DNA of 63,764 bases, counting the filler, from Octopus bimaculoides (lineage: Eukaryota), in the NCBI RefSeq assembly GCF_001194135.2. It is 3 parts of 3 records of this genome, joined end to end, with 100 filler letters (N's around TTAATTAATTAA, not from the genome) between each part and the next. Parts side by side here need not be neighbours in the genome. Positions count along the whole stretch, not along the records: positions 1 to 27,355 come from NC_068995.1; 2 more parts are not named here. The stretch is one strand, 5' to 3'. The notes under the pieces are model-generated. The model searched no databases. It was not told the DNA's origin and saw only the letters and a list, made by a program, of their open reading frames with translations. Within the stretch, counting starts at the first letter, position 1; each line of letters starts with the position of its first letter. The translations under genes and the position numbers were made by a program. Shown one piece after another: positions 1-12,600 of the stretch.

Positions 1-280
1 TATATATAAAATCTATTATATATATATTCACACTCTCACACAGACATACATCTTTAACGCTACAATAAATATATCTGTTATTCATCTAATACGGTTGTGG
101 TCTTTCATTACTGGTCATCTATGTTATCGTCGCATAACATATCATATACACCACCTCTGTCATCATCAGCAACTACTCTCTCTAGTACTTCTTATTGCAT
201 GTTTTTTCCTATTTTCATTTTCTTAAATACTTTGCTCTCCCATCTATCCACTTTGCATATTTATATGTTATGCCTAGCAG

Positions 281-343
281 AGTGTCTGCTTCAAGACGGA
301 GACCAGTATCAGTTAATGCAGGATGAAGTATTTAATTTGAAAA
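281..343 (+). CDS. SLMAP: SLMAP-like gene, coding exon (first in window; upstream exons lie outside)
   Basis: tagcag|AG TGT CTG...TTG AAA A|gtaagt; 63 nt, phase 1-1; encodes (E)CLLQDGDQYQLMQDEVFNLK; joins in frame to the following exons. Confidence 0.8.
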
Positions 344-759
344 GTAAGTTTTGGCTGAAAGTGCATTTTAACTAATACAGGCTCAATCCTTAATCAATCT
401 TTATCCTGTACAGTGATGGGATCTCTTGCTTTCTACAGAATTAACTACCAGCCTCCTTTTTTTTTTTTTAATATAAATTTTAAATGGACATTGTTACTGA
501 GAAAAAACAATGCTAGGAACATTGTTGATATTGGGGAATAAATTTCAGTTGAAGGGTAATTAGTCTGTAGTAAAATGAACCCAGAACTAAAGGCTTAATA
601 TTAAGGGACTTATTTCTTGGTCACATGGTCCATTATGCCCTTCAGCTTGGATGAAACTAGGATATTTAATGTTTAGTTTTAGTTTAATTCTGATTGAGTA
701 GATCTACAACCCAAGAAATTCCAGTCCAGAGACTGCATTGTCTAGTGTTATTATTAAGG

Positions 760-962
760 CAGTAAGCTGGTAGAATCGTTAGCATGCCAGGATAAATGTA
801 TTTTGTCTGTCTTTACGTTCTGAGTTCAAATTCAGCCGAGGTCGACTTTGCCTTTCATCCTTTCAGGGTTGATAAAATAAGTACCAGTTGAGTACTGGGA
901 TCTATGTAATCGAATATCCTCCTCCCTCAAAATTTCAGGCCTTGTGCCAATAGTAGAAAGGA
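760..962 (+). mobile_element. Short interspersed repeat, family A (probable SINE), >15 copies in window
   Basis: Motif gctggcagaatcgttagc...ttctgagttcaaattc...gtcgactttgcctttcatcc...aagtaccag. Other copies near 2875, 3270, 4850, 6910, 7503, 14990, 25310, 35100, 35280, 35790, 47500 (+) and 11150-11520, 58270-58435 (-). Confidence 0.8.
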
Positions 963-964
963 TT

Positions 965-1170
965 CGTGTGACTGGCCCTCATGCCAGTGGCACATAAAAG
1001 CACCTACTACACTCTTGGAGTGGTTGGCGTTAGGAAGGGCATGCAGCTGTAGAAACTCTGCCAGATCAAATTGGAGCTTGGTGCAGCCATCTGGTTCACC
1101 AGTCCTCAGTCAAATTGTCCAACCCATGCCAGCATGGAAAGCGGACGTTAAACGATGATGATGATGGATA
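965..1170 (+). mobile_element. Short interspersed repeat, family B, with (GAT)n tail
   Basis: gtggttggcgttaggaagggcat...aacccatgccagcatggaaagcggacgttaaacgatgatgatgat. Copies near 5050, 5550, 7720, 38450, 42105, 48520 (+) and 16170, 35545 (-). The short-tandem tail suggests LINE-mobilised retroposition (inference). Confidence 0.8.
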
Positions 1171-3599
1171 ATAATGATAAGGTAGTAGCTTTGATTTGAA
1201 GGAGACTCCACTGCTATTTCGATGCGGTTGAATGCCTGCAGGGGCCACCTTTATTGGCTTGTGACAGGACATAGTTGATAGTTAGGACAGACTGTAGGTG
1301 ATGATAGATAAAAGTGTGAAGGTCTTTCTTTTCTGAAAGACTATTTGTAACAAAGCGAAAGCAGCAGAAAATATTTGTACAAGAAAACTGAATGTTTATT
1401 TTATTTGCCTGCTGTCTCTTGCGATTGGTAGAAAACGCTGTTTGAGATGTTGTTTCTACATTTCTGTTGTACAACTAACATGAAAAAAAAAAAAAAGAAC
1501 ATGCTATTTCAAACTATTTTGAAATGATAAAGGATTGATAGTCTTCTATTTTTTATATTATCATCATTGTTTTAATGTCCACTTTACTATGCTCGCATAA
1601 ATTGGGGGAAATTTGTTGAGGCAGGTTTTCTATGGCCAGATGCCCTTCTTGTTGCCAAACTTCACCAGTTTCCAAGTAAGGCCAGAAGATTGGGAATGAA
1701 AGACACTTATGTATGAGGGTGACACTTGTTTTACGAATGTCAAGACAAGGAGACAAAAACTCTCTCCCACACATATACACACACACACACACATTCATTC
1801 TCAAATTATTATTTAGTAGGCTGATGTAATCTAAAGAGTGAGGGATTTGCCCAAAACATTATAAGGACCCTGAAGACTAGAGCATGAGGACTACTGGATG
1901 ATATAATTTAAGGGTTCGATTTACCAGGTCTTTAAAAAGTTCTTTTATTATCTAAGTTATTATCAACTATGTCCGTTAATTTCTTAAAAACTAGTTTAGG
2001 TCATTGTTATCAGTTATTGGCTTCTTTCATTTATGATGAATTTTCTGATTAAAATTTAGCTGTATTAATTAGAATGACAAAATTATTTCTCTTAGTGCTG
2101 TTATATTGTGTCAAACGTCGGCTTTTGAATTAAGATTTGCGTTTTCATTCCCTGCTAATCTGCACTTTCTTTTGCCTGTAAATATGTTTTTAACTCTTAG
2201 TACTTATTGTATTATTTAATCAGTTCCGACAGGTAGATGGTTGCAGAGCTTATTTCGCCAGGATTGGAGCCTGAGCTTTTTTTTTTTTTTTAGAGTTCTT
2301 TAGATTGCTTTCATTTCTGCACTAATGCTCTTAGGAAGCCGTACACACTACAGCTTTCCATTATTTCACCTGTAAATTTTGAGTTGCAAGCTTATGTAAT
2401 GAATTATTAATGTATCGACTAAAGGTGAGATGGAATAAGAATTCCATTGATTTTTTTTTTTTTACATTGTTGTTTGAAAATTTTCGTAACACTGTTTATT
2501 CAAATGCCTTTAAATTATTTGTAGGGTTACATTCTGGGATAATTGTTTTTATTTTCTATTCTTCAATGAATCTACTGTCTTCAACAAACTGTGAAATAAA
2601 TATTCATATTAAATATTTTACACATTAATTAGAGTATCTTATCTTTACTTTCATGTGTGTCATTATTATCACCACTGTTGAATGATTTTTTTGTCAGCTG
2701 CTGATACATTTGCTTTTAAATGCATTATGTCCATAAGAGGTATTGTCACCAGACAAATACTGCAGTTATTTTGCCTTTTTGTGATGTATTTGCATTAAGT
2801 ACGATACTTAGATAGCTGTTTTAATCTAATACTGCTTCTGTTGCATGTAACAAATTATTATTATCTTTATCATTAAGGCTGTGAGCTGGCAGAATCATTA
2901 GCGTTCCAGGCAAAATGCTTAAAGGCATTTCATTCGTCTTTGCATTCTAAGTTCAAATGCCACCAGGCTCAACTTTGCCTTTCATCCTTTTGGGGTTGAT
3001 TTGACTTTAGCCCCTCCCCAAAAATTGCTGGCCTTGAGCCAAAATTTGAAATCATTATTATCTTTATTGTTTATAGTTTGAAATAAAATATATGAAGTTG
3101 GGTTTAACACAAGAATTTGGTACATTTTGAAAAACCTACTTGAAAGTGCCCTTGGCTAACAAAGATGTTGAAAGTTTAACAAATGATGTGCGAGAGTACC
3201 TTCTCAATATTTACAGATTCTTATCTTTTGGTTTTCTGGAACATACCTGTGTCTATTTGTTTTGTTAGGTCAAAGGCAGTGAGGTGGCAGAATCATTAAC
3301 ATCTTGGACAAAATACCTATTGGTATTTCCTCCTACTCATTTATTACATTCTGAGTTTAAATTCCGCTGAAGCCAATGAATAAAGTACCAGTCAAGTACT
3401 GGGGGTCGAAGTAATTGACCACCTCTTCCCTGTTTCCCAGTAGTCCTTCTGCCTACAGTAGAAAAAAATTCTTTCTTTTATTTGTTGCACTCCTCTGTTG
3501 CTGAGGTATCATCGTTATTGTCTTCTGAGGGAGCTTCATGGTATTGGTGTTACATTTGTTTTACTACTCTTGTCTGTGTATACTTGTGTGTATAACATT

Positions 3600-3631
<32 letters not shown>

Positions 3632-4406
3632 NNNNNNNNNNNNNNNNNNNNNNNNNNNNNNNNNNNNNNNNNNNNNNNNNNNNNNNNNNNNNNNNNNNNN
3701 NNNNNNNNNNNNNNNNNNNNNNNNNNNNNNNNNNNNNNNNNNNNNNNNNNNNNNNNNNNNNNNNNNNNNNNNNNNNNNNNNNNNNNNNNNNNNNNNNNNN
3801 NNNNNNNNNNNNNNNNNNNNNNNNNNNNNNNNNNNNNNNNNNNNNNNNNNNNNNNNNNNNNNNNNNNNNNNNNNNNNNNNNNNNNNNNNNNNNNNNNNNN
3901 NNNNNNNNNNNNNNNNNNNNNNNNNNNNNNNNNNNNNNNNNNNNNNNNNNNNNNNNNNNNNNNNNNNNNNNNNNNNNNNNNNNNNNNNNNNNNNNNNNNN
4001 NNNNNNNNNNNNNNNNNNNNNNNNNNNNNNNNNNNNNNNNNNNNNNNNNNNNNNNNNNNNNNNNNNNNNNNNNNNNNNNNNNNNNNNNNNNNNNNNNNNN
4101 NNNNNNNNNNNNNNNNNNNNNNNNNNNNNNNNNNNNNNNNNNNNNNNNNNNNNNNNNNNNNNNNNNNNNNNNNNNNNNNNNNNNNNNNNNNNNNNNNNNN
4201 NNNNNNNNNNNNNNNNNNNNNNNNNNNNNNNNNNNNNNNNNNNNNNNNNNNNNNNNNNNNNNNNNNNNNNNNNNNNNNNNNNNNNNNNNNNNNNNNNNNN
4301 NNNNNNNNNNNNNNNNNNNNNNNNNNNNNNNNNNNNNNNNNNNNNNNNNNNNNNNNNNNNNNNNNNNNNNNNNNNNNNNNNNNNNNNNNNNNNNNNNNNN
4401 NNNNNN
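3632..4406. other. Assembly gap (N-run). Others: 17365-17607, 20387-21069, 22883-23174, 50088-50097, 54283-54475, 55712-56060
   Basis: Runs of N, mostly flanked by (AT)n, homopolymers or repeats; they create the long X-filled ORFs. Confidence 1.
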
Positions 4407-4728
4407 AATATCATACTTTGACAGTGTCAACCTTTATAGCTTAGGGCTGTGATTATGATGATGACATGTGAACAATGCAAATATTCTGTTTAGTGAATAG
4501 AATTTACTCTTGTTTTTTGTTTTTTTTTCAGCACTAAACATTTCAACTACTTACTTTTTTTTTTTTCTGTCTTCCGTTTCAGTTTGTATATTTTAACCAG
4601 TCTGGAGTTGAGATAAAATATGTTAGACTAATATTTTCATTTATTTAAGAAATATGAAAAGAAAAAAAAAAGAATAGAAGGAAAAAGAAATTGGTAGTAT
4701 TAATTATTGTCTTTCTTTTTATATTTAG

Positions 4729-4791
4729 ATCAATTAGAAGTTGAGAAGTCTAAGCACAAAGAAACATTTGACGAACTAATTGAAAAGAAAC
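4729..4791 (+). CDS. SLMAP: SLMAP-like gene, coding exon
   Basis: pyrimidine tract+tttag|AT CAA TTA...AAG AAA C|gtaagt; 63 nt, phase 1-1; (N)QLEVEKSKHKETFDELIEKK, coiled-coil composition. Confidence 0.85.
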
Positions 4792-6021
4792 GTAAGTGAT
4801 GTTTTTTTTTTCTTGTAATGATAACATATTGCATTATTATTATTATTAAGTGGCATGCTGGACAAAATCTTTAGCAGTATTTTGCTTGTTGCTGTGTTCT
4901 GAGTTGAAATTCCACCAAGGTCAACTTTGCCTTTCATCCTTTCAGCGTCGATAAATTAAGTACCAGTAAAACACTGGGGGTGATGTAATTGATTGGTCCC
5001 CTCCCACCTAATCCGAGGCCTTGTGCCTCTAGTGGAAAGGATTATTATTATTATGCTGGTATCATGTAAAAAGCACTGGTGATGGTGCCATGTAGAAAGT
5101 GCTGGTGCCATTTAAAAAGCACCAGTGGTGGTGCCATGTAAGAAGCACCCAGTATAATCTGTACAGTGGTTGGCAGGAGGGAAGGCATCCAGTTAGAGAA
5201 ACTAAGCCAAAACAAACTATGGAACCTGGTATGGCCCTTGGACTTGCCAGCTCTTGTCAAGCCATCTGACTGATGCCAGCATGGCAAACAGGCATTAAAT
5301 GATGATGAAGGTTCTGTTGTCACTCAAATGTTCAGAAAAACTGAGATAATGAAGAAAAGCAGCACAGCTTTAGACTTACTTGCTGCAAGTGAGAGATGAT
5401 AAAAGTTTCTTGGTCCTATGCCTAAGGTACAGAGTTCTAGGTTAAGTTTATTCATTTGGCAATTTCAATTCCTTGATTTTTTTTTTTTTGTATATTTGGA
5501 TTTAATTTAAATTTATAGCCTTATTTAATATTAGTTTAATTTGTTTTTACACTCTCGGAGTGGTTGGCGTTAGGAAGGGCATCCAGTTGTAGAAACTCTG
5601 CCAAATCAGATTGGAGCCTGGTGTAGCCATCTGGTTCGCCAGTCCTCAGTCAAATCGTCCAACCCATGCTAGCATGGAAAGCAGACATTAAACAATGATG
5701 ATGATGTGAGATTATGATAGAATGGTTAATATCAGAATCGGTTGAGAAACAAATGAAATGCCTTGTGGTATTTAGCTAAGGTCTCTTCATTTCCTGAGTT
5801 TGAATCCTATGGGAGCTGAATTTGCCTTTCATCTTTCTGTGCCTAATCAACTAAGAACCAGACAAGTACTAGCATTGATTGATTTAATAGATTATACCAT
5901 ATCTTATCAAAATTTGTGCCTCTGTGTCAAGGTTAAAAATCATTAATTAATGTAACTATCTGTTATATTTGTTGAGATTGAATTAAATATTAAGACTCGT
6001 ATACATATATATCTTATATAG

Positions 6022-6084
6022 GATTGCTGCAGGAGGCGCTCCAAAGTGCTAAACAGAGCCGTAATGAAGCAGAACAATTGAAGA
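6022..6084 (+). CDS. SLMAP: SLMAP-like gene, coding exon
   Basis: tatatag|GA TTG CTG CAG...TTG AAG A|gtaagt; 63 nt, phase 1-1; (R)LLQEALQSAKQSRNEAEQLK; a GC-richer island in an AT-rich intron. Confidence 0.85.
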
Positions 6085-6770
6085 GTAAGTGCTGAATTTT
6101 CTCTGCATTTGTTGATTTTCTTCAAGCAAAGAATAATTTACGAATATTTAATCATTTAAAATTCTATATTTCATGATTTACATCTCGAATGTTTAATGAT
6201 TTAACATTTAAACATGTTTTATGGAGTTAAAATTTTGATACAGATCGACTATTGTAGTGTTTTTGAGTTGCTGTTTTCACATTTTTAATTCAGAATTTAA
6301 TTTCAATGATGCATTAATTTAAATTATAAATTTACCTTAATAAGGCAGTTAATTTAATTTAATTTAAATTTCTAATTGAGAATTTTGTTCCATATCAAAA
6401 TTTTTGAGATGAGTTTTTACAGTAATATTGAACTTGAAAGCATATAAGATGTACTTTTTTTTTTTATATCAAAATTAATCTTTAAAAAAACAAAATTACT
6501 CCAGGTCCTCTATGCAAAGTTGGGCCTTTGTAACTAAAAAACAATTTTTGGGGGAATGTGCACTGTTGAAATGTGTCTAATATACCCATGCATCTTTTAT
6601 GCTATCAGATACGGTAAAATTGTCAATGTTAGTAACTTTACAAAAACACAAATGGTGATTATTCATCCAGGAAATATAGACTGCTATTGCTATTGAAAAC
6701 AAATTGTAATTATGGTTTTTCATTATTTTTTGTTATTAATCTTTTTATGTTATTTTTTTAATTTAATTAG

Positions 6771-6887
6771 ACAAAGTGAAGACATTACAAGATGAAATAG
6801 ACTCTGATAAAAACACTCGTCAACGAGATTCTCCTCATGTTAAGAGCTCACATGAATCTACGCACAGACCCACAGCTAAAAACAAAA
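6771..6887 (+). CDS. SLMAP: SLMAP-like gene, coding exon
   Basis: taattag|AC AAA GTG...AAC AAA A|gtaatt; 117 nt, phase 1-1; (N)KVKTLQDEIDSDKNTRQRDSPHVKSSHESTHRPTAKNK. Confidence 0.85.
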
Positions 6888-8042
6888 GTAATTATTATTG
6901 TTATTATTATGAAGGTGGTGAGCTGGCAGAATTATTAGCCCGCCAGATGAAATGCTTAGCGGTATTTTGCCTGTCACTATGTTCTGAGTTCAAATTCCAC
7001 CGAGGTCAATTTTACCTCTCATCGTTTCGGGGGTCAATAAAATAAGTACCAGTTGAACCCTTTGGTTGATGTAATTGATTCATCTTCTCCCCCAAAATTG
7101 CTGCCCTTGTGGCAAAATTTGAGACCATTATTATTATGTATTTTATTTTGCATACTATCTTGAATAGTAAAACAGAAAAGAGAGTTAACATTGGAGTATT
7201 TTAGAAATAGCTTTGAATATTAATTACCAAGTGAAACGCTATGTTTTACCGAAATAATACAAACAGCCCTGTTATTGTTGGTGGTGGTGGTGGCAGATGA
7301 AACACTGGCTGCTTCAAGATTTTCAAATAGATATTGGAAACGAATCCTAGAGTTGGCTGAAACAGCATGAAATAAGTTGTCTTGCTGAAGGACACAATGT
7401 GCAGTCAGGAATTGAACTTGTGACCTTGCAATTGCGAGCTGAATACTCAAACCACTTAGCCACGTTTCCATGACCTTGTACTTAGATCAGAAGTATGTAT
7501 TAAGGTGGCATGCTGGCAGAATCATTACAGTTTTGGAATAAATATCTTTATATATTTCTTCCAGCTCTTTACATTCTGAGTTCAGATCCAGCCTAGGTCA
7601 TTTTTGCCTTTAATCCCTCAGGGACTGATAAAGTAAGGTACCATTTAAGTGCTGGGGTTGAGAGCTCTTCCTTCAAAATTACTAGCTGTGTCACAAAAAA
7701 AAAAAAAAAAAAAAAAAAAAGCATTGGTGCTGGTGTCACATAAAAAGCACTAGTGCCATGTAAAAAGTTACGGTGATGGTGCCACATAAAAAGCAATGCT
7801 GGTCCTGGCGCCATGAAAAAGGACACTGGTGCTGCATAAAAAGCACACACTATACTCTGTAAAGTAGTTGGCATTTAGAAAGACATTCAGCCTGTTGCAC
7901 CCCCCTTGTTTTTCCCTCTCCTGTCAAGCCATCCAACCCATGCCAGCATTGAAAACAAACCTTAAATGATGATAATGATGATTTATAATATTTTTGAAAC
8001 AATTTCTTAAAAATAATATTTTTCTTACCCTTTTTTTACCAG

Positions 8043-8118
8043 GTGAATTGAACTCCCTAAAAGAGGAATGTACAAACCTTAGAAAGCGAATACATGCTAT
8101 TGAAACAGAGATGAAGTT
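8043..8118 (+). CDS. SLMAP: SLMAP-like gene, coding exon
   Basis: ttttaccag|GT GAA TTG...ATG AAG TT|gtaagt; 76 nt, phase 1-2; (S)ELNSLKEECTNLRKRIHAIETEMK(L). Confidence 0.9.
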
Positions 8119-9450
8119 GTAAGTAGAGATCATAATGTAAAAACAGACCCAACCTTTTTGTATGTCACGTTTATATTATGATGTAAAATATGTTAGTTTA
8201 AGAGCTTGAATAGTTCTCGATAAACAACTGTCAGCTCCATTGTTATGCTTTATATGTAGCTAAATGATTAAGTATTACCTGTTAATTACACATTGCTGGA
8301 TTAAGTGCTTAACTATTATAATTTTTGTGTAGTCATATAGGCATGCACTCAATATATAATATAAAAATATTGATTTGATATAATTCCTTGGTTTCAATTA
8401 GAAAATACAGTGAAAGCACTTCCTTGTATAATTCATTTCATTCTTTAGACATTTCCTCTAGAAATGTGATTATATTTATATCTTGGGTTCAAACCTATGA
8501 AGTTGTATGGAAAATTATGATCCAATGAGTAGCTTGTATATATTCCTACAGATTTTTTTTCTGTGAAGATAACGCTGTAAGTACGGATGCTCTTCAGAAA
8601 ATGGAAGGGGCACTACTCTTATTTGTCAGATTATAGCAGTTGTACATGGGTTATCTCCCGCCTCGTTTTTTTTTTTTTGAACGCGATTTGTAAGGGGAAA
8701 TCAGTGAAAGTGGTAGTATGAATGTAGGAATAGGGAGCAGAGAAAATTGTAGGGCAAGGGAAATAAACTAATGTAAAGGATTTTATTTATATATGAGATT
8801 TAGTTTTGATGAAATGCTCAAGACAACGTTGTAGTGGAGAACTGTAGGGTGTGGTAGATATATTTATTTTAATTTTTTTTTTTTTTTTTGTTAATCACGG
8901 TGCCAGCATTAGTGAGGTTATTTAAACACTTGCAAGACAAGACCTGCCTCAGTTGAGTGGAGTATAGTATTGTAGTGAAAGCATGATAGAGGGACAGGAT
9001 AAGTGTCTTGTTGAAGAGATGAATACATGGCTTCCCTCGAGAGAGAGAGAGTGTGTGAGAAAGAGATGATGAGGACATACCCTCAAGGTACAAGTTAAAT
9101 ATAAGAGAATATGATTCATTTTCATAACGATCAGTGTTTCTGTTTGGTTCTGAAATGACTTGATGTTATCACAAGTTTTCACTGTATTTTCTGCATCCAG
9201 CTAGATTTTATAGTTTCTATAGAAAAATTATGCAGAAAGCAGGACAGAATTTTTGTATTGGTGAATTGTGCATTTTTTCTTTTTTGTTTTCTTTTTTGGT
9301 CATTTCATTTTCATTTTCATTTTATGTCTTCTTTTAACCGTTTGTATATATTTATTCTGAAAATGTGTTTTTATTTAAAAAAATAAATAAATGAATGAAT
9401 AAACGAAAGAGAATCTGGGAAAACTTGAACGATTAATGTTGATTTTGTAG

Positions 9451-9610
9451 ATCAAGGAAAGAAAATTTACAACTGTCATCTGATTACAACAAACTGCAAG
9501 ATTCCCACCGAGAACTTGAAGCTTTGAAGGTCAAACTGGAACACAAAGCAATTCTTTGGAAATCTAATATGACAGATGCCCAAAAAGAGGCTGAACAAGC
9601 TAAACAGGAG
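9451..9610 (+). CDS. SLMAP: SLMAP-like gene, coding exon
   Basis: ttttgtag|A TCA AGG...CAG GAG|gtgagc; 160 nt, phase 2-0. With the previous exon it gives ETEMKLSRKENLQLSSDYNKLQDSHRELE, which aligns by eye to recalled human SLMAP EKELHNSQKQSLELTSDLSILQMSRKELE. Confidence 0.9.
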
Positions 9611-12600
9611 GTGAGCGTGAATCCAGCCATGACAAGTCTTTCTCCTATTCCTCCTACTACTACTACTACCATCACTACAACTACTATTTCGTCTCCTAGC
9701 TGCTCTGCTTATACTACTACTACTTCTACTACAACAACAACCACAACAACTACTGCTGCTACTACTGCTGCTGCTGCTGCTGTCACTGCTGTTTCAGGAA
9801 AACTTGACCAGCAGGGCATTGGCCATTCTCCAGACAGGTTAAGCAGTGACCAGTTACCAGCTCAGGTACCACAGCTACACTACACACTGCATGAACTCCA
9901 CTGATTCCTACTACTACTATTATTATTACTACTACTACTACTACTATTCTCTCACTACACTCTCACCTGCTTCAAGTGTTTTTTTTTCTCTTCTCTTTCT
10001 TCATCTTAACGAACCTCTCCTGACATAATATTGCAGCATCCTGCCATCTAGCTCCAAACCTTCACACTGTGTCTTGTTAAACAAAAATGTTGCTTCCAAT
10101 CATCACTAAGACATCCAAACTATTTAAAGACTGACCCTGACCAGGCACAGTGACCGTAAGGTCAAGGTGCTGGACTACTGAACAGATTGACTAGAGTTCA
10201 AACCATCATAAAGTTGCAATTATAGTCTCATACATAGGTGTCAGACATTTACCTAACCTGACAATGGTTCATATCCTGTTTACTACTTAGTTTGTTGCTG
10301 AAGGTACTTAATTGCTCTTGCTGGTTCAGTCTACTTAGCTGTATGCAGGTACCACATACAATAAGGTCAGTTCACAACTGTAAGAAGCAGGAGCACTGTA
10401 TCTTTACCAACAGCTTTATTAGTTTGCTGGGACTGAGGTCAAGGGTTCTTGTGAACCAAATCAAGGTGCCAGAGATACCATTTTCTGCACTGAAACCAGA
10501 TTGTCCATCATTATTTCGGTCCAGTTTTGCCCTAGTATGTTGGCCCTCTATGTCTCTAATTGTGGTCTGTTGCTGTTCGGTTGCTTGTTAACCTTCATAA
10601 ACAGGCTCATTATCAGATATAAGTTCAGCTGTGACCATCTTGTCTTTTTGTTTTTTCCTTTGGTCATTGTATATCTCAGATTACATTACCAATTATGTTT
10701 TGTTAAAATGACAGTGTGATTCGAGGGAGATTTGTCAGTTGTTTCTAGCTATCTAGAGGTGTGCGATGACTCTCTCTCACACATGCGCTCATGCGCACAT
10801 GCACACACATACACACAAAAACTGAAATCCATTGTAGTTATCTGATGAGGAGAAGAAAAGATAACTACAACCATTAGTTGCACAGTTTGATTTTTTTTTT
10901 TTTTTTTTTGTAATCCTTTGATGTCTCAGTCTGCTAGGCTGACAGAAAGGTTTTACTCATACTTCATGGTCAAGTGGTGTTAGCAGTAGGAAGGATATTT
11001 AGCTGTATAAATACAGTTGTTTTACTAATTAGTAAATGTACAAATCATAAAAGAAAAACATTCCTCCTATAAAAATTGTCATCGTTTAACGTCTGCTTTC
11101 CATGGGTTGGACAACACATTAAAGAATATCACATAGTGATAATAATTGTTTTTGACTTGAGCACAAGGCCAGCGATTCTTGACTGGTGCTTATTTTATTG
11201 ACTTTGGTAGGATTTGAACTTAAAATGTGGAGAGCCATAAGATATACCACAAGGTATTTTCCCCCAATGCTCTAACAATCCCGTTAACTTACCAACTTAA
11301 TAATAATCCTTTCTACTATAAGCACAAGGCCGGGAATTTGTGGGAGGGGAATAGTCAATTACATTGACCCCAGTACTCAACTGGTACTTATTTTATTGAC
11401 CCTGAGAGGATGAAAGGCATAGTTGACTGTGGTTTAGTTTTGAACTCAGAGCATATGGATGAAATGCTGCTGAGTATTTTGCCTGGTGTGCTAATGATTC
11501 TACTAGGTTGCCGCCTTGACTCGAGTAGATGTTGCATGTTATTTACGCCATCACTCTGCTGAATTTGTCTGTCCATTATTCTGATGATAATATATATAAT
11601 AGATACAGTAAGATCTTAATATTAGCTGAATTTGGTGTAGAATTAGATATTTAATGTCTGTTTGGTTGACAAGAAACTTATTTATAAGAAAACCAGATGC
11701 TCTTAAAGCAGTAACCAATTTTGTCACTAGTTGACAGCATTTTTGAATTTCTATTATACATCAAACTCTTGAGAAGACCCAAATCTGACATATAAACATG
11801 CCATTCTACTAATTACACCAAACATCCATACTGCTGCATTTATAATTTAGTTAGACTTTGAACCTCATCTTTAATGATGAAAAGTGTTTTATTAATTACG
11901 TCTTTACATTGACTAGATTGATTCTATCTCTGATTGTCGTATGGTGTCTTATCCCTGTTCACAATTTGAGATCAAAATGATTGCAACGTTGTGTAGGATG
12001 TGAACATTAAAACATTTTTGTCTTATGTCAAAAGATGTAGAGTAATAGTCCATATAATCATATAATTAACAATGTGTCTCAGACATTTTAACCTGTTCTA
12101 CTAACTAGACACAAACATTATCATTGAAAGAGTGAGTTTGTCAAAGAAAAAGTTGAGCAGCACTAGAAAAAAAAAAAAAGAAAAAGAAATTGTATTAATG
12201 CTTCAATGAAATGTTGACTTTTCAGGATTTTGAACTCCTGATGATTGTTTCTGTTTGTTTATCTATCTATCTGTTCATTCTGTTTTGTGGAGCTTTTGGA
12301 GTTTGATCTTTTTCATTTTTTTTCTTTTTATTTTGGTGGGTGGGATTTGTGTGTTGGCTGTTTGCTGCGTGTGGTCCTTTTTTTTTTCTTATAAAGTGCA
12401 GCTAATGCATGTGCATCATCTCATTACTGAGGCATAATTTCTCGCTTATTAAATATTGTCTCTACTTTTCTACAACAGCGTCAGTCCTTACCAGCCAGTT
12501 GCTTTATCAACCCTTCATCTACCTACCCCACTTTTCTGCATTTTTCTTGACTATTTTGAAAGTTGTTTTTATGCTGTGTTCTTGTTGTTTATATATATAT

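Noticed and set aside
3148-3200. PLANKDVESLTNDVRE as an additional SLMAP exon
   Set aside because: Poor acceptor, weak donor, and the end phase does not match the next exon.
3498-4452. Long ORFs spanning N-runs (also 19948-21262, 22808-23212, 54230-54624, 55637-56089)
   Set aside because: Length comes from undefined bases and flanking microsatellites.
10821-10872. Hammerhead-like core: tgtagttat-CTGATGA-ggagaa-GAAA-ag-ataactaca
   Set aside because: Helix I pairs well, but helix II cannot form and the cleavage triplet is not NUH; at most a decayed relic.
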